Shown here piece by piece: positions 1-9,282 of a stretch of 64,000 nt of DNA (position 1 is its first letter; the number at the start of each line of letters is the position of its first letter). The DNA is from Escherichia coli. GTDB taxonomy: Bacteria > Pseudomonadota > Gammaproteobacteria > Enterobacterales > Enterobacteriaceae. The DNA lies in assembly GCF_024502345.1 (NCBI RefSeq), contig NZ_JALDNN010000001.1. One strand, given 5' to 3'. A program made the position numbers and the translations under genes. A model generated the notes under the pieces. It had not been told where the DNA came from. It worked only from the letters and a program-made list of their open reading frames with translations, and did no database searches.

Positions 1-2
1 GC

Positions 3-572
3 CTGGTGGCTTATCGCCCGCCTATCGACACCCGTAGCGTCAGTGAGATGCGCCAGATACCGCCAAACGGCTTCCCGGAAAAAGCACTTAACTTCCTGAC
101 GCCGCACCAGAAATGGGGCATTCACTCAACCTACAGTGAAAACCTGCTAATGCTGACGCTCTCTCGCGGTGGACCGATTGTCTGGATCAGCGAAACAGAT
201 GCCCGAGAACTGACCATTGTCGATAACGACTGGGTGGAAGTATTCAACGCCAACGGCGCGCTGACTGCCCGCGCGGTGGTCAGCCAACGTGTACCGCCGG
301 GCATGACCATGATGTATCACGCCCAGGAACGCATTATGAATATTCCTGGTTCGGAAGTAACTGGCATGCGCGGCGGCATTCATAACTCGGTCACCCGCGT
401 TTGCCCGAAACCAACGCATATGATTGGCGGTTACGCGCAGCTGGCCTGGGGCTTTAACTACTACGGCACCGTCGGATCGAACCGCGATGAGTTCATCATG
501 ATCCGCAAGATGAAGAACGTTAACTGGCTGGATGATGAAGGTCGCGATCAGGTACAGGAGGCGAAAAAATGA
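3..572 (+). CDS. narZ: Respiratory nitrate reductase 2 alpha subunit, C-terminal part (5' end lies outside window)
   Basis: ORF 6..572 translates to a nitrate reductase alpha C-terminus; 4-bp overlap with the following beta subunit gene; nar operon order. Confidence 0.85.
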   Translation: MVAYRPPIDTRSVSEMRQIPPNGFPEKALNFLTPHQKWGIHSTYSENLLMLTLSRGGPIVWISETDARELTIVDNDWVEVFNANGALTARAVVSQRVPPGMTMMYHAQERIMNIPGSEVTGMRGGIHNSVTRVCPKPTHMIGGYAQLAWGFNYYGTVGSNRDEFIMIRKMKNVNWLDDEGRDQVQEAKK

Positions 573-2113
573 AAATCCGTTCACAAGTCGGCATGGTGCT
601 TAACCTCGACAAATGTATCGGCTGCCATACCTGTTCGGTGACCTGTAAAAACGTCTGGACCGGGCGCGAAGGCATGGAGTACGCATGGTTTAACAACGTC
701 GAAACCAAACCGGGCATTGGTTATCCGAAAAACTGGGAAGATCAGGAAGAGTGGCAAGGCGGCTGGGTCCGCGATGTGAATGGCAAGATCCGTCCGCGTC
801 TGGGCAGCAAGATGGGCGTAATAACCAAAATCTTCGCCAACCCGGTGGTGCCGCAGATTGATGATTACTACGAACCTTTCACCTTCGACTACGAACATTT
901 GCATAGCGCACCGGAAGGCAAACATATCCCTACTGCTCGCCCGCGTTCACTGATTGACGGCAAACGGATGGACAAAGTGATCTGGGGCCCAAACTGGGAA
1001 GAACTGCTGGGCGGCGAGTTTGAAAAACGTGCCCGCGACCGCAACTTCGAGGCCATGCAAAAGGAGATGTACGGGCAGTTTGAAAACACCTTCATGATGT
1101 ACCTGCCGCGCCTGTGCGAACACTGCCTCAATCCCAGTTGCGTGGCGACCTGCCCAAGCGGCGCTATCTACAAACGCGAAGAAGACGGCATTGTGCTGAT
1201 TGATCAGGATAAATGCCGTGGCTGGCGTTTGTGCATTAGCGGTTGTCCGTACAAAAAAATCTACTTCAACTGGAAAAGCGGCAAGTCAGAAAAATGTATC
1301 TTCTGTTATCCGCGAATTGAGTCAGGCCAACCCACCGTGTGCTCAGAAACCTGCGTGGGTCGCATCCGGTATCTGGGCGTGCTGCTTTACGACGCCGACC
1401 GCATTGAGGAAGCGGCAAGCACCGAGCGCGAAGTTGACCTCTATGAGCGCCAGTGCGAAGTGTTCCTCGATCCACACGATCCCTCAGTGATCGAGGAAGC
1501 CCTGAAACAAGGTATTCCACAAAACGTGATTGAAGCTGCCCAGCGTTCGCCTGTCTACAAAATGGCGATGGACTGGAAACTGGCGCTACCGCTGCACCCT
1601 GAATATCGCACCCTGCCGATGGTCTGGTACGTTCCTCCGCTGTCGCCGATTCAGTCCTACGCAGATGCGGGCGGTTTGCCGAAAAGCGAAGGCGTGCTGC
1701 CCGCCATCGAAAGCCTGCGTATTCCGGTGCAATATCTCGCCAATATGTTGAGTGCCGGCGATACCGGTCCGGTACTGCGGGCGCTGAAACGGATGATGGC
1801 GATGCGCCACTATATGCGTTCACAAACCGTGGAAGGCGTTACTGATACTCGTGCCATCGACGAAGTAGGCCTGAGCGTCGCCCAGGTCGAAGAGATGTAT
1901 CGTTACCTCGCCATTGCCAACTATGAAGATCGTTTTGTCATCCCGACGAGCCATCGGGAAATGGCGGGCGATGCCTTCGCAGAACGCAACGGCTGCGGTT
2001 TTACCTTTGGCGACGGTTGTCACGGCTCGGACAGCAAATTCAACCTGTTCAACAGTAGCCGTATCGATGCCATCAACATCACCGAAGTGCGCGACAAAGC
2101 GGAGGGCGAATAA
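569..2113 (+). CDS. narY: Respiratory nitrate reductase 2 beta subunit (Fe-S)
   Basis: 514-aa ORF with multiple Cys-x-x-Cys ferredoxin-type clusters; position after narZ. Confidence 0.95.
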   Translation: MKIRSQVGMVLNLDKCIGCHTCSVTCKNVWTGREGMEYAWFNNVETKPGIGYPKNWEDQEEWQGGWVRDVNGKIRPRLGSKMGVITKIFANPVVPQIDDYYEPFTFDYEHLHSAPEGKHIPTARPRSLIDGKRMDKVIWGPNWEELLGGEFEKRARDRNFEAMQKEMYGQFENTFMMYLPRLCEHCLNPSCVATCPSGAIYKREEDGIVLIDQDKCRGWRLCISGCPYKKIYFNWKSGKSEKCIFCYPRIESGQPTVCSETCVGRIRYLGVLLYDADRIEEAASTEREVDLYERQCEVFLDPHDPSVIEEALKQGIPQNVIEAAQRSPVYKMAMDWKLALPLHPEYRTLPMVWYVPPLSPIQSYADAGGLPKSEGVLPAIESLRIPVQYLANMLSAGDTGPVLRALKRMMAMRHYMRSQTVEGVTDTRAIDEVGLSVAQVEEMYRYLAIANYEDRFVIPTSHREMAGDAFAERNGCGFTFGDGCHGSDSKFNLFNSSRIDAINITEVRDKAEGE

Positions 2114-2808
2114 TGCAGATCCTCAAAGTGATCGGCCTGTTGATGGAGTATCCGGACGAGCTGTTGTGGGAATGCAAGGAGGACGCGCTGGCGTTGATCC
2201 GCCGCGACGCGCCGATGCTTACGGATTTCACCCACAACCTGCTTAACGCGCCGCTGCTGGATAAACAGGCCGAATGGTGCGAAGTGTTTGACCGTGGACG
2301 TACCACATCGCTGCTGCTGTTCGAACATGTTCATGCCGAGTCCCGCGATCGCGGCCAGGCAATGGTGGACCTGCTGGCGGAGTATGAAAAGGTCGGCCTG
2401 CAGCTGGATTGTCGGGAACTGCCCGATTATCTACCGCTGTATCTGGAGTATTTAAGCGTACTGCCTGACGATCAGGCGAAAGAAGGATTGCTCAATGTTG
2501 CGCCGATCCTCGCCCTGCTTGGCGGTCGCTTAAAACAACGCGAGGCACCGTGGTACGCGTTGTTTGATGCTCTGCTGCAACTGGCGGGAAGTACACTTTC
2601 AAGTGACAGTGTCACAAAACAAGTAAACAGCGAAGAGCGCGATGACACCCGCCAGGCGCTTGATGCAGTGTGGGAAGAGGAACAGGTGAAGTTTATTGAA
2701 GATAACGCCACGGCGTGTGACAGCTCGCCGCTTAATCAATATCAGCGACGCTTTAGCCAGGATGTCGCGCCGCAATATGTCGACATCAGTGCGGGAGGTG
2801 GGAAATGA
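2113..2808 (+). CDS. narW: Nitrate reductase 2 assembly chaperone (delta)
   Basis: 231-aa ORF start overlapping narY stop; operon position. Confidence 0.9.
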
Positions 2809-3485
2809 TTCAGTATCTGAACGTCTTTTTTTACGATATCTACCCGTACATTTGTGCGACGGTGTTTTTCCTCGGCAGCTGGCTGCGCTACGACTACGGG
2901 CAGTACACCTGGCGCGCCTCCTCAAGTCAAATGCTCGATAAACGCGGGATGGTGATATGGTCGAATCTGTTCCATATCGGCATTTTGGGGATTTTCTTCG
3001 GGCACTTGTTCGGCATGTTAACGCCGCACTGGATGTACGCGTGGTTTTTGCCAGTGGCAGCGAAACAACTCATGGCGATGGTGCTCGGCGGTATTTGCGG
3101 TGTGTTGACGTTGATTGGCGGCGCAGGACTGCTGTGGCGCAGGCTGACAAATCAGCGCGTGCGTGCCACTTCCACTACGCCGGATATCATCATCATGAGC
3201 ATTTTGCTGATCCAGTGTCTGTTGGGGCTAAGTACCATACCGTTTTCAGCACAGTATCCTGATGGTAGCGAAATGATGAAGCTGGTGGGTTGGGCGCAAA
3301 GCATTGTCACTTTCCGTGGTGGATCGTCAGAGATGCTTAACGGTGTAGCGTTCGTTTTCCGCTTGCATCTGGTGTTGGGAATGACCATCTTCCTGCTCTT
3401 CCCGTTCACCCGACTGGTGCATGTGTGGAGCGCGCCGTTTGAGTACTTCACCCGCCGGTATCAGATTGTGCGCTCGCGGCGATAA
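2805..3485 (+). CDS. narV: Respiratory nitrate reductase 2 gamma subunit (cytochrome b)
   Basis: 226-aa hydrophobic ORF, 4-bp overlap with narW; operon position. Confidence 0.9.
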
Positions 3486-3563
3486 TTTTCACCCTGGCCG
3501 GATAGCCCTTCGCTCTCCGGCCACTTGCAGGCTATGATAGTTCTCCAGCCCAGGAGAACGTTA

Positions 3564-4053
3564 ATGAAACCGCAGGTTTACCACGTCGATGCTTTTACCT
3601 CTCAACCATTTCGCGGCAATTCTGCCGGTGTTGTTTTCCCCGCCGATAATCTTAGCGAAGCGCAAATGCAGCTTATCGCCCGCGAATTAGGTCATTCGGA
3701 AACCACTTTTCTGCTGCACAGCGACGACAGCGATGTGCGCATCCGCTACTTTACGCCAACCGTTGAAGTTCCGATTTGTGGTCACGCGACAGTAGCTGCA
3801 CACTATGTACGTGCGAAGGTGTTAGGTTTAGGAAATTGCACGGTCTGGCAAACATCGCTGGCAGGAAAACATCGCGTGACTATCGAAAAGCACCACGATG
3901 GTTATCGTATTTCGCTGGAACAAGGTACGCCGGGCTTTGAGCCACCGCTGGAAGGTGAAACACGTGCGGCGATTATCAACGCGCTTCATCTCACTGAGGA
4001 CGATATTCTGCCAGGCTTGCCAATTCAGGTGGCAACAACAGGACACTCAAAAG
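3564..4053 (+). pseudogene. yddE: PhzF-family isomerase YddE, 3'-truncated by IS903-family element (about 163 codons retained; the recalled full length is 297 aa)
   Basis: ATG at 3564 (MKPQVYHVDAFTS...); reading frame runs straight into the IS left inverted repeat at 4054 and stops a few codons inside it. Confidence 0.7.
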
Positions 4054-5110
4054 GGCTTTGTTGAATAAATCGAACTTTTGCTGAGTTGAAGGATCAGATC
4101 ACGTATCTTCCCGACAACGCAGACCGTTCCGTGGCAAAGCAAAAGTTCAAAATCACCAACTGGCCCACCTACAATAAAGCCCTCATCAACCGTGGCTCCA
4201 TAACTTTCTGGCTGGATGATGAAGCTATTCAGGCCTGGTATGAGTCAGCAACACCTTCTTCACGAGGCAGACCTCAGCGCTATTCTGACCTTGCCATCAC
4301 GACTGTGCTGGTCATTAAACGCGTATTCAGGCTGACCCTGCGCGCTGCGCAGGGCTTTATTGATTCCATTTTTTCTCTGATGAACGTTCCGCTACGCTGC
4401 CCGGATTACAGCTGTGTCAGCAGGCGGGCAAAGTCGGTTAATGTCAGTTTCAAAACGCCCACCCGGGGTGAAATCGCACACCTGGTAATTGATTCCACCG
4501 GGCTGAAGGTCTTCGGTGAAGGCGAGTGGAAAGTCAAAAAGCATGGCCAGGAACGCCGCCGTATCTGGCGTAAGCTGCATCTCGCCGTTGACAGTAAAAC
4601 ACATGAAATCATCTGCGCTGACCTGTCGCTGAACAACGTTACGGACTCAGAGGCCTTCCCCGGGTTAATCCGGCAAACCCACCGGAAAATCAGGTCAGCC
4701 GCCGCCGATGGCGCTTACGATACCCGGCTATGTCACGATGAACTGCGGCGTAAGAAAATCAGCGCGCTTATCCCTCCCCGAAAAGGTGCGGGTTACTGGC
4801 CCGGTGAATATGCAGACCGTAACCGTGCAGTGGCTAATCAGCGAATGACCGGGAGTAATGCGCGGTGGAAATGGACAACAGATTACAACCGTCGCTCGAT
4901 AGCGGAAACGGCGATGTACCGGGTAAAACAGCTGTTCGGGGGTTCACTGACACTGCGTGACTACGATGGTCAGGTTGCAGAGGCTATGGCCCTGGTACGA
5001 GCGCTGAACAAAATGACGAAAGCAGGTATGCCTGAAAGCGTGCGTATTGCCTGAAAACACAACCCGCTACGGGGGAGACTTACCCGAAATCTGATTTATT
5101 CAACAAAGCC
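4054..5110 (+). mobile_element. IS903-family (IS5 superfamily) insertion sequence, 1057 bp, copy 1
   Basis: 18-bp terminal inverted repeats GGCTTTGTTGAATAAATC at both ends; 1057-bp length matches IS903; identical second copy at 52638..53694; no 9-bp target-site duplication. Confidence 0.85.
4131..5054 (+). CDS. IS903-family DDE transposase (307 aa from GTG; the ORF track extends to 4086)
   Basis: ORF fills the IS; IS5-family transposase-like sequence (…NWPTYNKALINRGSITFWLDDEAIQAWY…); GTG start inferred from the 307-aa IS903 transposase length. Confidence 0.8.
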   Translation: MAKQKFKITNWPTYNKALINRGSITFWLDDEAIQAWYESATPSSRGRPQRYSDLAITTVLVIKRVFRLTLRAAQGFIDSIFSLMNVPLRCPDYSCVSRRAKSVNVSFKTPTRGEIAHLVIDSTGLKVFGEGEWKVKKHGQERRRIWRKLHLAVDSKTHEIICADLSLNNVTDSEAFPGLIRQTHRKIRSAAADGAYDTRLCHDELRRKKISALIPPRKGAGYWPGEYADRNRAVANQRMTGSNARWKWTTDYNRRSIAETAMYRVKQLFGGSLTLRDYDGQVAEAMALVRALNKMTKAGMPESVRIA

Positions 5111-5483
5111 TATGCAAGGAGTATTTGATCATGTATAAGCAATAAAAACAGCTTCAGGAAATAAGGAATATCGCAATTTTTAAACATAAAATGCGAATCG
5201 TTCAATACAAAAAAGCAGCGTTGCGTAATCTTTCCCTGATTAAATACGCTACTGCCCTACCCTGATGACATGATCTGCACTGCACTATCATATAGACATG
5301 TTTCTCAACATGCGAAAAGATGTTTTATTTTCGGATTATATTAAATTGATATTTCATATAAAAAATGAAATTACATCAATCATATAAATAATTGTACCAA
5401 CTTTAATTACTATTCATAGCAAACAAATGGATATCCAGTTAACTACGCCAGTGATTCATTAACATTAACCTCCGGCATTATTG

Positions 5484-6101
5484 TTAAATAATGACATTCC
5501 TTTTTAATACTTCTTGTAATTTCGGTAACTGACATACAGCATCAGCAATCGCACTGATATTCGTGGCATTATCCTGAAACCATTCATGCCCAGGCCCCCA
5601 TGTACGCATAGTGCAAAGATAACAGTCCACCAGCGTTAGTTGCTCACCAAACGCATAAGGTTCAGCAGTGAGCTGCGAATTCAGCCAGATATAAAGCGAT
5701 TTTCGATATTCAATAACATTCTTCTTTAACTGTTCAGGTGCGTCAGGAGCCCAACGCTCAGGGTAATCGGCGAAAGTGAATGTTGGATAGATATTAGCAA
5801 CCAGCCAGACCAATAGCCGTTGAAACTGCTGGCGTTCGGTGCGCCCAACCGGTGGCGCAAGGTCCGGGCGACGATCGAGAACCATCAATGCAATCGCCGC
5901 TGTCTCCGTCATAATCTCGTCATTTTCCAATGCCAGTGTCGGAACCTGACACAACGGGTTCAGGGTTTTCAATAACTCGCGTGAAGCTCCCTCGTGGTCA
6001 AAACCACTGACATCAACGAACTGATAAGGAATATCAGCCAGTGTTAGCATCAGCTCACTGATTGTAGAGCCCCATCCGGGTACGCCATACACCTTAATCA
6101 T
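5484..6101 (-). CDS. yncG: Glutathione S-transferase homolog
   Basis: 205-aa ORF with GST-like N-terminus; position next to ansP. Confidence 0.8.
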   Translation of the reverse strand: MIKVYGVPGWGSTISELMLTLADIPYQFVDVSGFDHEGASRELLKTLNPLCQVPTLALENDEIMTETAAIALMVLDRRPDLAPPVGRTERQQFQRLLVWLVANIYPTFTFADYPERWAPDAPEQLKKNVIEYRKSLYIWLNSQLTAEPYAFGEQLTLVDCYLCTMRTWGPGHEWFQDNATNISAIADAVCQLPKLQEVLKRNVII

Positions 6102-6367
6102 ATGCCCCTCACAATCTTTTAAAGATTAAGTGTAGGACAGTACACAGGTTAACCAGCAAAAGGATTTGTCATTTTTTCGTCAGTTGTATTATTCCCCTTC
6201 AGGATTGTAAGGGGATGTTTTGCATCGTTTATCGATAACGGGTAGGATGCTGCGCCGATAGTTTTATACCCATAAAGAATAATGGTGATAACTATCATCG
6301 CCAGGATGAATAAACATTGTTCATGGCAACTTATATGACTTTTTCATTAAAGCAATCAGGGAGAGCA

Positions 6368-7867
6368 ATGAGTAAACACGACACCGACACTTCAGATCAA
6401 CACGCCGCGAAACGCCGCTGGCTTAATGCCCACGAAGAGGGGTATCACAAAGCGATGGGCAATCGCCAGGTACAGATGATCGCCATTGGCGGCGCGATTG
6501 GCACCGGCTTGTTTTTAGGTGCAGGAGCCCGACTGCAAATGGCGGGGCCAGCACTGGCACTGGTCTATTTGATCTGCGGCCTGTTTTCATTTTTTATTCT
6601 GCGTGCATTGGGTGAGCTGGTGTTACACCGCCCTTCCAGTGGCAGTTTTGTCTCTTATGCCCGTGAGTTTTTGGGTGAGAAAGCCGCTTACGTTGCTGGC
6701 TGGATGTACTTCATCAACTGGGCGATGACAGGGATTGTCGATATCACCGCTGTAGCGCTGTATATGCATTACTGGGGTGCGTTTGGCGGCGTGCCGCAGT
6801 GGGTCTTTGCGCTCACTGCGCTGACCATCGTTGGCACCATGAATATGATCGGTGTGAAATGGTTTGCGGAGATGGAGTTCTGGTTTGCGCTTATTAAAGT
6901 GCTCGCCATTGTGACCTTTTTGGTCGTGGGTACAGTGTTCCTCGGTAGTGGTCAGCCGCTGGATGGCAACACGACTGGCTTTCATTTAATTACCGATAAC
7001 GGCGGCTTCTTCCCCCACGGTTTGCTGCCTGCTCTGGTATTGATTCAGGGCGTAGTGTTTGCTTTTGCCTCCATTGAAATGGTGGGTACAGCTGCCGGAG
7101 AATGTAAAGATCCGCAGACCATGGTGCCTAAAGCGATTAACAGTGTGATTTGGCGTATTGGCCTGTTTTACGTCGGCTCCGTGGTGTTGCTGGTTATGTT
7201 ATTGCCGTGGAGCGCGTATCAGGCGGGGCAAAGTCCGTTCGTGACGTTTTTCTCTAAACTGGGTGTGCCATATATCGGCAGCATTATGAACATTGTGGTG
7301 CTGACCGCTGCCCTCTCCAGCCTGAATTCAGGTCTGTACTGCACCGGACGTATTCTGCGCTCAATGGCGATGGGCGGTTCCGCACCGAGTTTTATGGCGA
7401 AAATGAGTCGTCAGCATGTGCCGTATGCCGGGATTCTGGCGACACTGGTTGTGTATGTCGTCGGCGTATTCCTCAACTATCTGGTGCCGTCGCGCGTATT
7501 TGAGATTGTGTTGAACTTCGCGTCGCTGGGAATCATCGCTTCATGGGCGTTTATCATCGTGTGCCAGATGCGCCTGCGTAAAGCGATTAAAGAAGGCAAA
7601 GCAGCGGATGTCAGTTTTAAACTGCCTGGCGCGCCCTTCACTTCCTGGCTGACATTACTGTTTTTACTGAGTGTCCTTGTGCTGATGGCGTTCGATTACC
7701 CGAACGGGACTTATACTATCGCGGCGCTGCCGATTATCGGTATTCTGCTGGTTATAGGCTGGTTTGGTGTGCGCAAACGCGTTGCTGAAATTCACAGCAC
7801 TGCGCCAGTCGTCGAGGAAGATGAAGAAAAACAGGAAATTGTGTTTAAGCCTGAAACGGCGAGCTAA
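6368..7867 (+). CDS. ansP: L-asparagine permease (APC family)
   Basis: Multi-pass membrane permease ORF; ATG at 6368 (MSKHDTDTSDQ...) gives 499 aa. Confidence 0.9.
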   Translation: MSKHDTDTSDQHAAKRRWLNAHEEGYHKAMGNRQVQMIAIGGAIGTGLFLGAGARLQMAGPALALVYLICGLFSFFILRALGELVLHRPSSGSFVSYAREFLGEKAAYVAGWMYFINWAMTGIVDITAVALYMHYWGAFGGVPQWVFALTALTIVGTMNMIGVKWFAEMEFWFALIKVLAIVTFLVVGTVFLGSGQPLDGNTTGFHLITDNGGFFPHGLLPALVLIQGVVFAFASIEMVGTAAGECKDPQTMVPKAINSVIWRIGLFYVGSVVLLVMLLPWSAYQAGQSPFVTFFSKLGVPYIGSIMNIVVLTAALSSLNSGLYCTGRILRSMAMGGSAPSFMAKMSRQHVPYAGILATLVVYVVGVFLNYLVPSRVFEIVLNFASLGIIASWAFIIVCQMRLRKAIKEGKAADVSFKLPGAPFTSWLTLLFLLSVLVLMAFDYPNGTYTIAALPIIGILLVIGWFGVRKRVAEIHSTAPVVEEDEEKQEIVFKPETAS

Positions 7868-7875
7868 TTGCAAAA

Positions 7876-7905
7876 TTGCCCGGCTACGTGCCGGGCAAAT
7901 TTAGA
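7876..7905 (+). terminator. Rho-independent terminator after ansP
   Basis: 9-bp stem TTGCCCGGC/GCCGGGCAA with 5-nt loop immediately after ansP stop, followed by a short T-rich tract. Confidence 0.5.
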
Positions 7906-7979
7906 TTACTGACGAAGGTGCCGCATGCGGCGTGATAAAAGTCAGGCAAGTCTCTCCGTTTTCACCCTCGCCATATCTA

Positions 7980-9041
7980 TTACAGCGCAATACGAATCAC
8001 ATCGTCCGGCTGGGTAGCTTCCTGCTGTTTAGTGGATTTTTGTTTCACACTGACATACAGCGTTTTGCCATCGGCAGACAGCGCCAGGCTGTTCGGATGA
8101 GTCGGCGTATCGAACGTTTTCACCACTTTATAGCTTTTCGCGTCAATCACACTGACTTTACCTGCCTGACGATGCGTTACGTAGGCTTCATTACGCGCTG
8201 GGTTAAACAGCACAGCCAGTGATTCCGGTGCCGCAACCTTCGCCAGAATATTGCCATTACGGGTATCGACCACTAACACTTCTGCCGCTTTAGAATCGGT
8301 GATAAATGCACGCTGCCTGGCGGTATCAAGGCTAATGTTGATAAAGAAGTGCTCTTTGCCGTCATCCAGCAGCTTTTTACGGCTGAGGATTTTATTGTCG
8401 GCGGTGTCGATGGTAATCAATTCGCCGTCAGCGTTAGTGGTGTAAAGACGTTTGCCTTTGCTATCCAGCGCCAGACCAGTACTCATTTTACCGGTGTTCT
8501 GGATGGCGGTTTTCAGTTTGATATTCTCGCCATCAACGACCCAAATCACGCTCTCTTTACCAATACCACTGATGTAAACGGTGTTCGTGGCATCATCAGC
8601 TACCAGCTCACGCGGTTGCAGCGGGCGCACTTCTTCCGTGCGCTTACGATCATCCAGCACCAGACGGCCTTTCACCTCGCCAGTTTTGGCATCTATCGCC
8701 GTGACCGCGCTGTTTACGGTGTTACCAAACCACAACGTCTGAGTCGTGTTATTGATGGTGGCACCAAACGGCTTGAGATCGTTATGGATCGCCTGCGTCA
8801 CTTCCAGAGTGACCGGATCAAGACGATAAACCACGCCACCTTTATCCAGTTTGCGGCTTTGCGAAGTGGCGAGCCACAGTGCGTTTTCTTGCTGGCTATA
8901 AGCCATTTCGTAGGCACCTTTACCTACCGCTTTACGCAGCATTTCTTCTGCGGCCTGCGTACTGAATGATGAAGCAACAAGCAATGAACCTAACAGTAAT
9001 GAACCACGCAGGCGCGATGAAAACAGATGACGTAAATGCAT
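7980..9041 (-). CDS. yncE: Periplasmic beta-propeller protein YncE
   Basis: 353-aa ORF with N-terminal signal peptide; conserved position. Confidence 0.9.
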   Translation of the reverse strand: MHLRHLFSSRLRGSLLLGSLLVASSFSTQAAEEMLRKAVGKGAYEMAYSQQENALWLATSQSRKLDKGGVVYRLDPVTLEVTQAIHNDLKPFGATINNTTQTLWFGNTVNSAVTAIDAKTGEVKGRLVLDDRKRTEEVRPLQPRELVADDATNTVYISGIGKESVIWVVDGENIKLKTAIQNTGKMSTGLALDSKGKRLYTTNADGELITIDTADNKILSRKKLLDDGKEHFFINISLDTARQRAFITDSKAAEVLVVDTRNGNILAKVAAPESLAVLFNPARNEAYVTHRQAGKVSVIDAKSYKVVKTFDTPTHPNSLALSADGKTLYVSVKQKSTKQQEATQPDDVIRIAL

Positions 9042-9127
9042 GACGACTCCCTTTGATGAACCGATATTTTTGCTGCTTCACAATGCTTCGCTAAGCGTAA
9101 TCATCGTTACGCTCTTGTTATAAATGG

Positions 9128-9146
9128 GAATGGTAATCATTATTTT
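9128..9146. promoter_or_regulatory. Putative Fur box in the yncE-yncD divergent promoter region
   Basis: GAATGGTAATCATTATTTT resembles the Fur consensus GATAATGATAATCATTATC; sits between a divergent TonB-dependent receptor gene and yncE. Confidence 0.35.
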
Positions 9147-9282
9147 CTCAAATGTGGAGCATTTCTTGCCGTTACGACTACAATTTTCTCAATTACTTAA
9201 CGTATTGTGCCGTTTCATTTTCCATAAATTTACAATTTCATTACCATGACGGCGTTTTCCCATTCTTAACCTGGCTTTTTTC

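Noticed and set aside
4054-5110. Initial impression that the repeated transposase-bearing element is IS5 (insH)
   Set aside because: The terminal inverted repeats (GGCTTTGTTGAATAAATC), 1057-bp length and transposase sequence match IS903, not IS5 (about 1.2 kb with different ends).
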